DNA of 64,000 nt from the NCBI GenBank assembly GCA_965656495.1, contig CBFHKU010000003.1, forward strand, positions 96,001-160,000. The letters are read 5' to 3'. Under the pieces are notes generated by a model that saw only the letters and a list, made by a program, of their open reading frames with translations, was not told the origin of the DNA and did not search any database. Shown piece after piece: positions 52,801 through 60,892 of the stretch. The translations under genes and the position numbers were made by a program. Every line of letters begins with the position of its first letter. The stretch's first letter is position 1. Source of the stretch: Coraliomargaritaceae bacterium (GTDB lineage: Bacteria > Verrucomicrobiota > Verrucomicrobiia > Opitutales > Coraliomargaritaceae).

Positions 52801-53707
52801 CGAGCGTGATTCATTCTTTTACGGTCAAGGCAATACACTTTCTGAGTGGGAGGTGACTGGTGAAAACAACTTAACTAACGATGGTGGCTTTCAATGGCCT
52901 GCCTTTATGGCAAATGATACGGGTATAGAGGTCCCAAGTACAGACGTTCTTTCTATTTGTTACTTTAATGGTACTTCTAGTCTTTATGTATTGATGGGTG
53001 GGTCTGTGAATAATCTACTCAAAGTGAACTGGGATGACTCACGAGTGACTAATATTTATGATGCGCCGAGCGGCTTAGAGCGTCTAACCGCCTCTCAGTC
53101 ACAAATAAATATTCCCTGGCTCAGCCTTTTGAGTGATGCAGGCAGTGTTAATCGAGGCGAAACCAGCGAGTTGCCGATGAGGATTGATACAAATACGCTT
53201 GAAGATGGAGATGAGCGAACTGGATATGTCAGAGTTCAATCTTTGGAAAATAATGCTTACGAATTGGTAACGGTCAAATTAACGGTTGGTGCCTTGGGCC
53301 TTGATCCCTCTTATGTGGCGTGGTATCAGAGCTTCTTTGCACGAGATCCTCTGGCAAGTGGCATGAGCTATGATTCGGACAATGATGGTATTGCGAATGC
53401 TTTGGAATATGTGATCGGAACTAACCCTGCCGTGATTGATCCAAATCCAGAAGAAGTCGGTGTACCCAAGGTCATGGAAGATCCCGATGATGGCAATATA
53501 TACATGAAATTTAACCGTCGCGCTGGCTTGCCGGATGGCGCAGTGGAAATTCAGGGGAAAGCCAACCTCACCGATGATTGGCAAAACCTGGTTGAGGGAA
53601 CGGATTATGAAATAATTAAGAAGGAGACTGTCGATGGCATCGATAGATTGACAATCTCAACCCCTTTTACCAACTCGGCATTTTTCAGATTATTGATTTC
53701 TCTTTAA
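49871..53707 (+). CDS. Large S8 (subtilisin-like) serine peptidase
   Basis: Catalytic triad motifs VAVLDSG, GHGTHVAG and GTSMAAPHVAG; N-terminal anchor; carboxypeptidase-regulatory-like segment; DSDNDG motif near the C-terminus. Confidence 0.93.
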   Translation: MKFKKYHFGVFSILLIAIFVVSLSLFENSNDLQKDSGESTQSSSTLPNENSENEWNEAGTSNLKPVTADNDALTDESPEFEKLVTNPLEVARKRWLEEKIINKSEDNGYYRTTFYKAHDFKYSKIRVDETYDLNPDTNSEARLLSRAAYVADHFLIRLRKDQEGLVDAMLAKFPELKIRKELDTNEHVLLEFDLNHYDIDLFNFWSARLRAYGLNAEKDFITSASQATPFDPGFAQQWALHNTGQDGGTDDADIDAIEAWEIQQGSSDVIVAVLDSGVDLDHVDLVTNLWTTTVNGNIIRGYDFVNGGTNPEDDHNAGHGTHVAGIIGAKPNNSRGIAGVNWNVRIMPIKVLNANNVGTTSDVIAGINRAVLSGANIINMSLGSVGPGSNDDSDSYYYALKQARDHNENGILVVASAGNGNGSDNDTFPRYPASYDLNNIIAVGSSDDDDAMAGHSNIGATSVDLVAPGEEIYSTLPNNEYGDLTGTSMAAPHVAGAAALLLAEDPNQSYEDLRTRILNSVDKKDAFKDVTVTGGRLNLNNALAAYGGAQVQATNIILTPLGNNDDFWTEGEPLQIDVGIKNFGGGNATNIVMNLEITQGGNYATITSAATSPINSIANMAPNQEAYLSDAFQLTAGNLGDFDFEQEVEIKLTISCTGGLSTIAYKDAVIYQTASLSGYVFDGEDGTTPIAGATVKLSANLSALGNIELEEETAADGSYNFSLFTGLVSVNVEAVDYETSATKVFDLTPADPDQTHNFELGVSRFAVRTPTIELTIPRETTQRVPALIENTGTSPVPLFFNSQVSESNNFYIGQQLFGLKGVGTNTPTLVLINQYSLQASEEISLNLPDGHFAVDVTYFQGGVWILTTSDTGAAALVEYSGEDFTFLRQVDLDIANTSAVSIEGLLTIPFPDTDAESGRTEVLGLLVRRRLFFFDPFLYRVNPGAIDRADLTISVAEVNVNFLIFGDRSFYFGAYGGERDSFFYGQGNTLSEWEVTGENNLTNDGGFQWPAFMANDTGIEVPSTDVLSICYFNGTSSLYVLMGGSVNNLLKVNWDDSRVTNIYDAPSGLERLTASQSQINIPWLSLLSDAGSVNRGETSELPMRIDTNTLEDGDERTGYVRVQSLENNAYELVTVKLTVGALGLDPSYVAWYQSFFARDPLASGMSYDSDNDGIANALEYVIGTNPAVIDPNPEEVGVPKVMEDPDDGNIYMKFNRRAGLPDGAVEIQGKANLTDDWQNLVEGTDYEIIKKETVDGIDRLTISTPFTNSAFFRLLISL

Positions 53708-53713
53708 GATTTT

Positions 53714-53742
53714 AAAGGCCCGCCATCCGGCGGGCCTTTTTT
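53714..53742 (+). terminator. Intrinsic terminator
   Basis: Perfect stem AAAGGCCCGCC-atcc-GGCGGGCCTTT plus a T-run, just after the S8 stop. Confidence 0.9.
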
Positions 53743-53774
53743 ATGTCTGTCAAAAATAGACCTTCGCCCGCGAC

Positions 53775-53798
53775 CTTCCCACTTTCGTACTTTCCTAC
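53775..53798. repeat. Octamer array, reverse orientation of the GTGKGAAR family
   Basis: cttcccac tttcgtac tttcctac. Confidence 0.6.
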
Positions 53799-53858
53799 CT
53801 ACAACCCTCATCTCCGTTCTTGTTTTTGAGCTCCGGCGGCTTTATGCTGGTCGACATC

Positions 53859-54173
53859 ATGATCGAACTGGTTAAAAAATCAATGTTGGCGGGCTTGGGA
53901 CTCGCCGTCGTGACGAAAGACAAAGTGCTGGAGTCATTGCATGAATTAGTGGAGAAGGGGAACCTCTCCAAAGAGGAAGCCGCCGCGATGTCGGAAAAGA
54001 TCGTGGCAGCGGGCGAGGCCGAAACCGAGAAGGCGAAGGTCGAGGCGAGTCAGCTCTTCAATCAGCTCCTACAGCGCGCCAATGTCGTGACCAAGGATCA
54101 ATACGACGCCCTCGCGGCGCGGGTCACGGAACTGGAGGGGCGCCTGCATAAGGAGTTTCCAAACGCTGATTGA
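53859..54173 (+). CDS. Phasin-like / PHA-granule-associated family small protein
   Basis: KK.MLAGLGLA..TKDK....L.ELVEKG.LS.EEA and VT.....L..RV..LE pattern. Confidence 0.75.
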   Translation: MIELVKKSMLAGLGLAVVTKDKVLESLHELVEKGNLSKEEAAAMSEKIVAAGEAETEKAKVEASQLFNQLLQRANVVTKDQYDALAARVTELEGRLHKEFPNAD

Positions 54174-54185
54174 GCGGCGTTTGGA

Positions 54186-54225
54186 GTGGGAAGGTGTGAA
54201 AGTATAAAAGTGGGAAGGTGTGAAA
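54186..54225. repeat. Left arm: five tandem octamers (GTGKGAAR)
   Basis: gtgggaag gtgtgaaa gtataaaa gtgggaag gtgtgaaa. Confidence 0.88.
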
Positions 54226-54244
54226 GCTATGAGGGTAAAATATC

Positions 54245-54595
54245 ATGAGTGATTTTGCAGAGCGGTTTGAGGATCTGCGCATTTGGCAGGAGGCGCGTGG
54301 TTTGGTGAATGCGATTTATGAGGCGATGGGCGAGTGTCGGGACTATGCCTTTAAGGATCAAATTACACGGGCGACAGTCTCAACAATGAATAATATTGCT
54401 GAAGGTTTTGAGCGCCGCTCTTCGAGGGACTTTGGTCATTTTTTGGACATTGCGAAAGGTTCTGCCGGTGAAGTTCGAAGTATGCTTTATCTCGCGGAAG
54501 ACCTGAAGCTAATCGGTTCAGCCCTTTCCAAGAATTTAAGAGAAAAAGCACGCGTACTTTCTGCGGGGATTGCTGCCTTTCGCCGCAAATTATAA
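54245..54595 (+). CDS. Four helix bundle protein (23S rRNA intervening-sequence protein / TIGR02436-like)
   Basis: RFEDLRIWQEA...DYAFKDQITRATVSTMNNIAEGFER....F..FLDIAKGSAGEVRSMLY signature. Confidence 0.92.
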   Translation: MSDFAERFEDLRIWQEARGLVNAIYEAMGECRDYAFKDQITRATVSTMNNIAEGFERRSSRDFGHFLDIAKGSAGEVRSMLYLAEDLKLIGSALSKNLREKARVLSAGIAAFRRKL

Positions 54596-54598
54596 AAC

Positions 54599-54630
54599 CT
54601 TCACACTTTCAAACCTTTCCACCTTCCCAC
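54599..54630. repeat. Right arm: four tandem octamers, inverted relative to 54186-54225
   Basis: cttcacac tttcaaac ctttccac cttcccac. Confidence 0.85.
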
Positions 54631-54648
54631 CTCAGCTCAGCTGAAACA

Positions 54649-56298
54649 ATGAAACCCTTCAACTACCTCGCCAATGCGGTGCGTGCTCCGGAAATTGTCG
54701 CGATTCTGGTGCGCTGGGGGTTTGAGGACCTGCTCCTGCAACTGGAAACGCCGCCGCTTTTGTTGCGCAATCTCGTCCGTTCAAAAGTGGCGCATTTGAC
54801 GCCCTACGAGCGCCTGCGCAATGCCCTCGAGGAATTGGGTCCGATCTTTGTGAAGTTTGGTCAGGTGCTCTGCACGCGCCCGGACCGTCTGCCGGAACCG
54901 CTGGTGCGGGAATTGAAACGGCTGCGTGATCAGGTGGAGCCGCAGGCCTTTGAAAAGATCGAGCCGGTATTGTTGCGGGAATTAACGGGGGAACTGGATG
55001 CGGTCTTTACCGAATTCGACCCGGTGCCGGTGGCGGCGGGTTCGCTGGGGCAGGTTTACAAGGCGCGGCGCCGCACGGATGGCGCATGGGTTGCAGTGAA
55101 GGTTCAGCGGGCGGAAATCCAGAGTAATATTCGCGCGGATATGGACATCATTGCTTGGTTTGCGCGGCAGTTGCACGCGCGGGTCACGGATTTGCAGCCC
55201 TACAATCTGCCTGCCTTGGTCGCCGATGCGGAGCGCCGCATTCAGGCGGAATTGGATTACCGGAATGAAGCGGACAATGCCGAAGTGTTCCGCGCCTTGA
55301 ATGCCGGGGAGGCGGGGGTCTTTGCTCCGGCGGTGGATCGTGCCTTGAGTACGCGCCGCCTCTTGGTGACGGAATGGGTGGAGGGCAGTGCTCCGCATTC
55401 GGCGGATCTGGACGCGGCGGCGGCGCGTGAGGTCGCGCTCCTCGGCGGGCGCAGTATGTTTCGTCAAATTGTGGCAACCGGATTTTTCCACGCCGATCCG
55501 CATGCCGGGAATCTTTTGATCACGCCCGAGGGGCGCGTTTGTTTCTTGGACTGGGGACAGGCGGGTCAAATTACGGTTGAGATGCGCTATGTATTGGCGG
55601 ATTTATTTGCTGCGATTGCGGCGGGGGATGCTTGGGCGGTCACGCAGGTGGCGGAGCGGATGTCGGAGGGACGCCGGCCCATTGAGCAAGGGCGTCTGGA
55701 AGCGGAGGTGACTTATTTGCTGAATCGGCAGGGCAATGCGGGCGCTTTGAAAGCGGAGATCGGGGCTTTGGCGCTCAAGCTCTTGTATATTTTTGGGCGC
55801 AATGGGGTGGTGGTGCCACCGGATTACGCCTTGCTGGCGAAGGCGATACTTTGCGTGGAGGAAACCGCACGCAGTCTCGATCCGGATTTTGAGATCGAAC
55901 CGGTGGCGCGACCCTTCCTTGAGGAATTGGCGCAATCGCGCTGGAGTATTGACGGTTTAAAGCGTCAGGCGCTCTATCCGGCGCTCTCGGCAATGCGTCA
56001 TTTGCGGCAGGTCCCCGAGCAGTTGCAGCGTATTCTGCAGCGCGTGGAGGCGGAGGATATTCAGATAAACATGCACCACGCCGGGACCGAAAACCTGGAG
56101 GAGACTTTTAACGCCTCAATGAATCGCCTGACGGCGGGTATTATTGTCGGATCGCTGGTGATTGGTTCCTCGCTTGTGATTACGACTGGAGTTAAGCCCC
56201 TATTGATGGGCTATCCCGTTCTAGGCTTGCTTGGTTTTCTTGCTTCATTCTTACTGGGGTTATACATCCTTATATCAACGTTTAAGAATCACCGCTGA
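54649..56298 (+). CDS. ABC1/AarF/UbiB family atypical kinase
   Basis: LEELGPIFVKFGQ, AAGSLGQVY, VAVKVQR, ELDY..EA, FFHADPHAGN and LDWG motifs. Confidence 0.93.
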   Translation: MKPFNYLANAVRAPEIVAILVRWGFEDLLLQLETPPLLLRNLVRSKVAHLTPYERLRNALEELGPIFVKFGQVLCTRPDRLPEPLVRELKRLRDQVEPQAFEKIEPVLLRELTGELDAVFTEFDPVPVAAGSLGQVYKARRRTDGAWVAVKVQRAEIQSNIRADMDIIAWFARQLHARVTDLQPYNLPALVADAERRIQAELDYRNEADNAEVFRALNAGEAGVFAPAVDRALSTRRLLVTEWVEGSAPHSADLDAAAAREVALLGGRSMFRQIVATGFFHADPHAGNLLITPEGRVCFLDWGQAGQITVEMRYVLADLFAAIAAGDAWAVTQVAERMSEGRRPIEQGRLEAEVTYLLNRQGNAGALKAEIGALALKLLYIFGRNGVVVPPDYALLAKAILCVEETARSLDPDFEIEPVARPFLEELAQSRWSIDGLKRQALYPALSAMRHLRQVPEQLQRILQRVEAEDIQINMHHAGTENLEETFNASMNRLTAGIIVGSLVIGSSLVITTGVKPLLMGYPVLGLLGFLASFLLGLYILISTFKNHR

Positions 56299-56323
56299 AA
56301 TCTACTCGGCTAACGACCTATAC

Positions 56324-57037
56324 ATGACAGTTAAGCAATCCGGCAACCCTGCTCCGCCGGCGGACAATTTGGCCTTGCGGAGCCTTGTGCACGACCTGAA
56401 CAATTTAATTACGGTTATACAAGGTAATCTTACCTTGGCACGTGAGGCATTACCTGAAGGGGAATCATCACAAAGAAATCTGGTTGCAGCGGAGCAGGCG
56501 ATGGGGCAGCTGCGCCCGCTCATCGGTCAATTGGCGTCCCTGCATCAGCCGCTTGGCGCAGAGCAGGTAACGGCGGCGAAGCCCTTGGCGCGGGAATGTC
56601 TGGCGATCTGTCTTGGGAGTAGTCCGGTGACCGGGCAGTTGAAGGTGGAGGCAGACCTCCCGGCGGTGGCGATGGAGCGGAGTTCATTGGCGCGCATTAT
56701 CAATAATCTCTTAATTAACGCCCGGGAGGCCATGCCGCAGGGGGGTCGCGTGGTCTTGCGTCTCTCCCGTCTGGGAGATTCAGAGCTTTTTCCGGAGGAA
56801 TTACCGCGCGGTGATTATGTCGTATTTGAACTGACGGACAATGGGCCCGGCATTGCGCCCGAGTTGCTGAACCGTATTTTTGAGCCGAATTACAGTGAAA
56901 AAGTATGGGGTCAGGGCTTGGGTTTGGCTTCCAGTCGTGCCTTGGCAGCGGCGAGCGGGGGCACCCTGACGGCACGTTCCACGCTGGGTCAGGGGGCTAC
57001 TTTCCGTTTGATTTTGCCCAGCGCAGGCAATCCCTGA
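56324..57037 (+). CDS. Histidine kinase core (HisKA plus HATPase) without a sensor domain
   Basis: VHDLNNLITVIQG, NLLINAREAMP.GG, DNGPGI...L.RIFEP and GQGLGL motifs. Confidence 0.82.
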   Translation: MTVKQSGNPAPPADNLALRSLVHDLNNLITVIQGNLTLAREALPEGESSQRNLVAAEQAMGQLRPLIGQLASLHQPLGAEQVTAAKPLARECLAICLGSSPVTGQLKVEADLPAVAMERSSLARIINNLLINAREAMPQGGRVVLRLSRLGDSELFPEELPRGDYVVFELTDNGPGIAPELLNRIFEPNYSEKVWGQGLGLASSRALAAASGGTLTARSTLGQGATFRLILPSAGNP

Positions 57038-57148
57038 ATAAAGCCGAACTGGGCTCTACCCGCCCTCCAGCGGTTTATTTTTCTTTAAATGGAACCTTTT
57101 CATCGACATCTTTACGTATGTTAAAAGTATTATACCTATCTACTTATC

Positions 57149-57868
57149 ATGATGAAAACTACATATAACTCCCGCAAAGGATTCACGCTGATCGAAATGA
57201 TTGGTGTTTTGGCTATTATTGGTATTCTCGCTGCCGTGGTGGCACCCCGTGTAATCGAATCGATTCGCGATGCCAAGGTAACATCTGCAATCTCATCGGT
57301 CAACGCCGCTAAGACTGCTGTGTTGAACTACTACCAGCGCTACGACCGTATTCCATTGGACGGCGCTTTGGCAAATTATGCAAACAATCGCCCAGGTGCA
57401 TCTGGTAATGCTCCCGCTAATCTTGCCACCAATGCGGATACCTTGGGGCATATCCTTTTCTACCAAGAGTTGCTGATGGAAGAAATCAAGACTCCCATCG
57501 GAGAAGCGGAGTCTGGCACCAAAGACTTTGCAGTCGGATGTGTTTCAACTGCCGGTGGGGGTGCTTGTGATGCAGGAGGAGGCAGTGAATCTTATGCGAA
57601 TGACTCAACTTTTTCCTTTAAATCTGCCGGTAATGCTACTCGTGTAGCGTATTATTACATTCCAAATCTGACTAGACAAGAAGCCGCTGCGCTAGGCACC
57701 AAGGTGAATGGCCCATTCCCGGTAACCGTTCAGGGTGAATCTGCAATCATTGCGGAATCTACTATCGGTTCGGGTGCCCTATCAAATATCGAAGGCGCCA
57801 ATTGCTGGTTTGTAGAAAATAGCAGTGGAGGCACCTTCGACGCCTATCTCTACGTGGCGCACCAGTAG
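57149..57868 (+). CDS. Type IV pilin / pseudopilin
   Basis: Class III signal RKG|FTLIEMIGVLAIIGILAAVVAP. Confidence 0.92.
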   Translation: MMKTTYNSRKGFTLIEMIGVLAIIGILAAVVAPRVIESIRDAKVTSAISSVNAAKTAVLNYYQRYDRIPLDGALANYANNRPGASGNAPANLATNADTLGHILFYQELLMEEIKTPIGEAESGTKDFAVGCVSTAGGGACDAGGGSESYANDSTFSFKSAGNATRVAYYYIPNLTRQEAAALGTKVNGPFPVTVQGESAIIAESTIGSGALSNIEGANCWFVENSSGGTFDAYLYVAHQ

Positions 57869-57912
57869 TCCTCGTACCTGACCTGATACTCTGAATCTTA
57901 ACAACATTCGCC

Positions 57913-59688
57913 TTGAGCGAAACTGACATTCAGTCAAAAAGTAACGGTCAGGCCTCCATAAAAATGGAGGCCTGGCTTGTTTCTGAGGGGGCGCTTACGC
58001 AATCTCAGGCCGATTTGGCGGCGCGCGAAGCGACGCGCCTGAGCCTGAGTTTTAGTGAGGTCGTGCAACGTCTGGGCTTGGTTACCAGTGACCAGTTGGC
58101 GCTTTACCGTTCGGTGCGGGGTCAGCTCAGCACCGCCCGCGATTTCATTGCGACGGGTTCCGGCGACCAATCGCACCTCAGTCTGCGGCGGCTCGTCTTG
58201 AGTGATGCCCTGCGTGAACGACTGCCACTGGACTTGTGTCAAAGCACCGTCTCCATTCCCATCGCGGAGCGCAACAATGCCCTTTGGGTGGCATGCGCCA
58301 ACCCCTTTGATTTGCCGACCCTCAAGCGTTTGGAAGGCGCGGCGGGGCAAGCGGTGGAAGCCCTGCCGGCTTCCGAGACCGACATCCGTCTCGCGATCAA
58401 CCGCAACTATCGCGCGCACCAGGATCTTTACGATGCGGTCGCCGCTATCATCAAGATGGATGAGGCGGAATTGGAAGAGCAGGGCTCGGACGATGCTCCC
58501 ATGATTCGTCTCGCCGAGCAAATTCTACTCCATGCCGCAACCCGCGAGGCGAGCGATGTGCACCTGCACGCCGAGGAACGATTTTTCCGCATCCGTTTAC
58601 GGGTGGACGGGGTTTTGGAAGAGGGCTTGCTTTTGCCAAGCGCGATTCGCAGCGCCCTGACGGCGCGCTTTAAAATTTTGGCAGGGATGGACACCGCGGA
58701 GGATCGCCTTCCGCAGGATGGGCGTATTCATTTCCCGATTGGTTCAGAGGAGGTGGACATCCGGGTGTCGAGCCTGCCCTGCAGCAATGGAGAAAGCATT
58801 GTGATGCGTCTTTTGGATCAGTCGCGCCTCAAGCTGGACCTACCGACTCTGGGATTTTCAGAGGCGCAGCAGACCCAACTCACCGAGGTTTTGAATCAGC
58901 CCTACGGGGTGTTTTTGATTACCGGTCCCACCGGTAGCGGTAAAACTACGACGCTCTATACACTGCTGGGCATGATCGACGCCGAGGAGCGCAGTGTTTT
59001 CACGCTTGAAGATCCGATTGAATACCGGATGCCGCTGATTCGGCAGACGCAGGTGAAAGATGATATCGGCTTGAGTTTCTCGGCGGGCTTGCGGACCCTT
59101 TTGCGTCAGGACCCGGATGTGATTTTGGTGGGTGAGACCCGCGACCAGGTGACCGCAGAACTGATGGTTCGCGCGGCATTGACGGGTCACTTGGTTTTCT
59201 CGACCTTGCACACGAACGACGCCTTAAGTGCGGTGCCGCGTCTGAATGATCTCGGAGTGCCGCCTTATCTTTTGGCGGGCAGTTTATTAGGATTGAGTGC
59301 CCAGCGACTCGCGCGGCGCCTCTGCCCGATTTGCCGTGAAAGTTTTGAGATGAGCGCGAAGGAATGGAACGCCTTGGCAGGCCAGGGGAGCCCTTTGCTC
59401 ACAGAGACCGCGGTCACGCTCCATCGCCCTGCGGGATGTGAGGCGTGCGCGCAGAAAGGTTATAGTGGACGCGTCAGCATTGCAGAAATTGTGGAGGTGG
59501 ATAAGGCAGTGCGCGGCTGGATTGAGCATGGAAAATCGGTGGGTACGATGCAGGAGCAATTGCGTGCGTCGGGCGTTTCTTTCATGCGGGATGATGGATT
59601 GGCAAAAGCTTTAGCCGGACTGACGAGTGTGGAAGAAATCGCACGGGTGGTACAGTTGGAGAGCGAGGAGGTGCTGGACGATGCCTGA
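57913..59688 (+). CDS. GspE/PilB-family assembly ATPase
   Basis: ASDVH, RVDGVL, PQDGR, GPTGSGKTTT, LEDPIEY, LRQDPD.ILVGE, TGHLV.STLH and CxxC/CxxC motifs. Confidence 0.95.
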   Translation: MSETDIQSKSNGQASIKMEAWLVSEGALTQSQADLAAREATRLSLSFSEVVQRLGLVTSDQLALYRSVRGQLSTARDFIATGSGDQSHLSLRRLVLSDALRERLPLDLCQSTVSIPIAERNNALWVACANPFDLPTLKRLEGAAGQAVEALPASETDIRLAINRNYRAHQDLYDAVAAIIKMDEAELEEQGSDDAPMIRLAEQILLHAATREASDVHLHAEERFFRIRLRVDGVLEEGLLLPSAIRSALTARFKILAGMDTAEDRLPQDGRIHFPIGSEEVDIRVSSLPCSNGESIVMRLLDQSRLKLDLPTLGFSEAQQTQLTEVLNQPYGVFLITGPTGSGKTTTLYTLLGMIDAEERSVFTLEDPIEYRMPLIRQTQVKDDIGLSFSAGLRTLLRQDPDVILVGETRDQVTAELMVRAALTGHLVFSTLHTNDALSAVPRLNDLGVPPYLLAGSLLGLSAQRLARRLCPICRESFEMSAKEWNALAGQGSPLLTETAVTLHRPAGCEACAQKGYSGRVSIAEIVEVDKAVRGWIEHGKSVGTMQEQLRASGVSFMRDDGLAKALAGLTSVEEIARVVQLESEEVLDDA

Positions 59689-60892
59689 GTTTCGTTATAA
59701 GGCCGTTAGCCCGGAAGGCCGGGTCACTCAAGGGGTGCGCGAAGCGGAAACGCAGGGTCGCTTGCGCGAGGTTCTTGAAATGGAGAACCTTGAGTTGGTG
59801 GAGTGCGCCTTAAAGGATCGCTCCAGTGGCGGTCGCTATAAACGCCTAAAGATGCAGACCGCCGATTTGGCAAATTTGCTCTTCCAATTGGGGATGCAAT
59901 TGCGGGCGGGCGTATCGATTGTGGATGCTTTGCGGGCACGCGAGGGAGAGGATGCCGGCGGGGTGCAGGGAACGGTGCGGCAACGCCTCGCGGAGGTAGT
60001 GGAACAGGGCACACCCATGAGCGAAGGCCTCACGCAGTTCCCGCGCATTTTTCCGAGTTACGTGCAGAATGTGGTGCGGGTTGCGGAACGAAGCGGCACC
60101 CTGGCAGAAAATCTAATTTCCCTGCGGGCGTATATGGAATGGCTCGACCAGAACTGGAAAACTTTTAAACAGGCGATGCTTTATCCCATGTTTGTGGTGG
60201 CGGCGCTGGTGGTTTTTATCTTTATCGCGCTGCGTTTTATTTTTCCGACGGTTGTAGAACTCCTGTATGAATTGGAGATCCCGCTCCCACTGGTCACGCG
60301 CATCATGATTGCGGCGAGTGATTTTGTAGTGGGCTACTGGATCTGGATCTTGGCAGCGGGTTTTTTGTTGCCGATCGGCCTGCGAATTTTGTTTCGGGTT
60401 TCCAGCACGGCGGCGTATTGGCGGGACCGCTTTCTTATTAGTATTCCCTATCTGGGTAGCGTGATCCGCACTCTCTCAATCGCACGTTTCCTGCGGAGCC
60501 TCATCCTCATGCAGAAAGCGGGAATCGTAATTACCGATTCCCTGCGCATGGCGCGGGATGTGGTGGGCAATCGGGTGATTGAGGCAAGCGTCATAAAGAT
60601 TGAGACTGCGGTAGCGAACGGTTCCACCATGAGCAGTAGCATGTCGAAGGATGCCACTTTTCCGGCGTTGGTGCGCACCATGGTGGGAGTCGGTGAACGC
60701 AGCGGTTCCCTCGATGAATCCCTCGAGGCGGTGGTGTCTTATTATGACGACCTCGTGCCGCGTAAGATTAAGGCTTTCTTCGCGGTGTTGGAGCCGACCC
60801 TTATTGTGACGACGGTTTTGCTTGCGGGCTTTGTCGCGGCAGCGGTTTTTCTTCCACTCGTACAAATGCTCAGCCCGGGAGCCCTGAATTAA
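59681..60892 (+). CDS. GspF/PilC-family inner-membrane platform protein
   Basis: FRYKA, L.AGV, FPRIF, ERSGTL, AMLYP, GERSGSL and LEP motifs. Confidence 0.93.
   Translation: MPEFRYKAVSPEGRVTQGVREAETQGRLREVLEMENLELVECALKDRSSGGRYKRLKMQTADLANLLFQLGMQLRAGVSIVDALRAREGEDAGGVQGTVRQRLAEVVEQGTPMSEGLTQFPRIFPSYVQNVVRVAERSGTLAENLISLRAYMEWLDQNWKTFKQAMLYPMFVVAALVVFIFIALRFIFPTVVELLYELEIPLPLVTRIMIAASDFVVGYWIWILAAGFLLPIGLRILFRVSSTAAYWRDRFLISIPYLGSVIRTLSIARFLRSLILMQKAGIVITDSLRMARDVVGNRVIEASVIKIETAVANGSTMSSSMSKDATFPALVRTMVGVGERSGSLDESLEAVVSYYDDLVPRKIKAFFAVLEPTLIVTTVLLAGFVAAAVFLPLVQMLSPGALN

Noticed and set aside
54245..54595. True 23S rRNA intervening sequence
   Set aside because: The flanks are protein-coding genes and no rRNA sequence is present.
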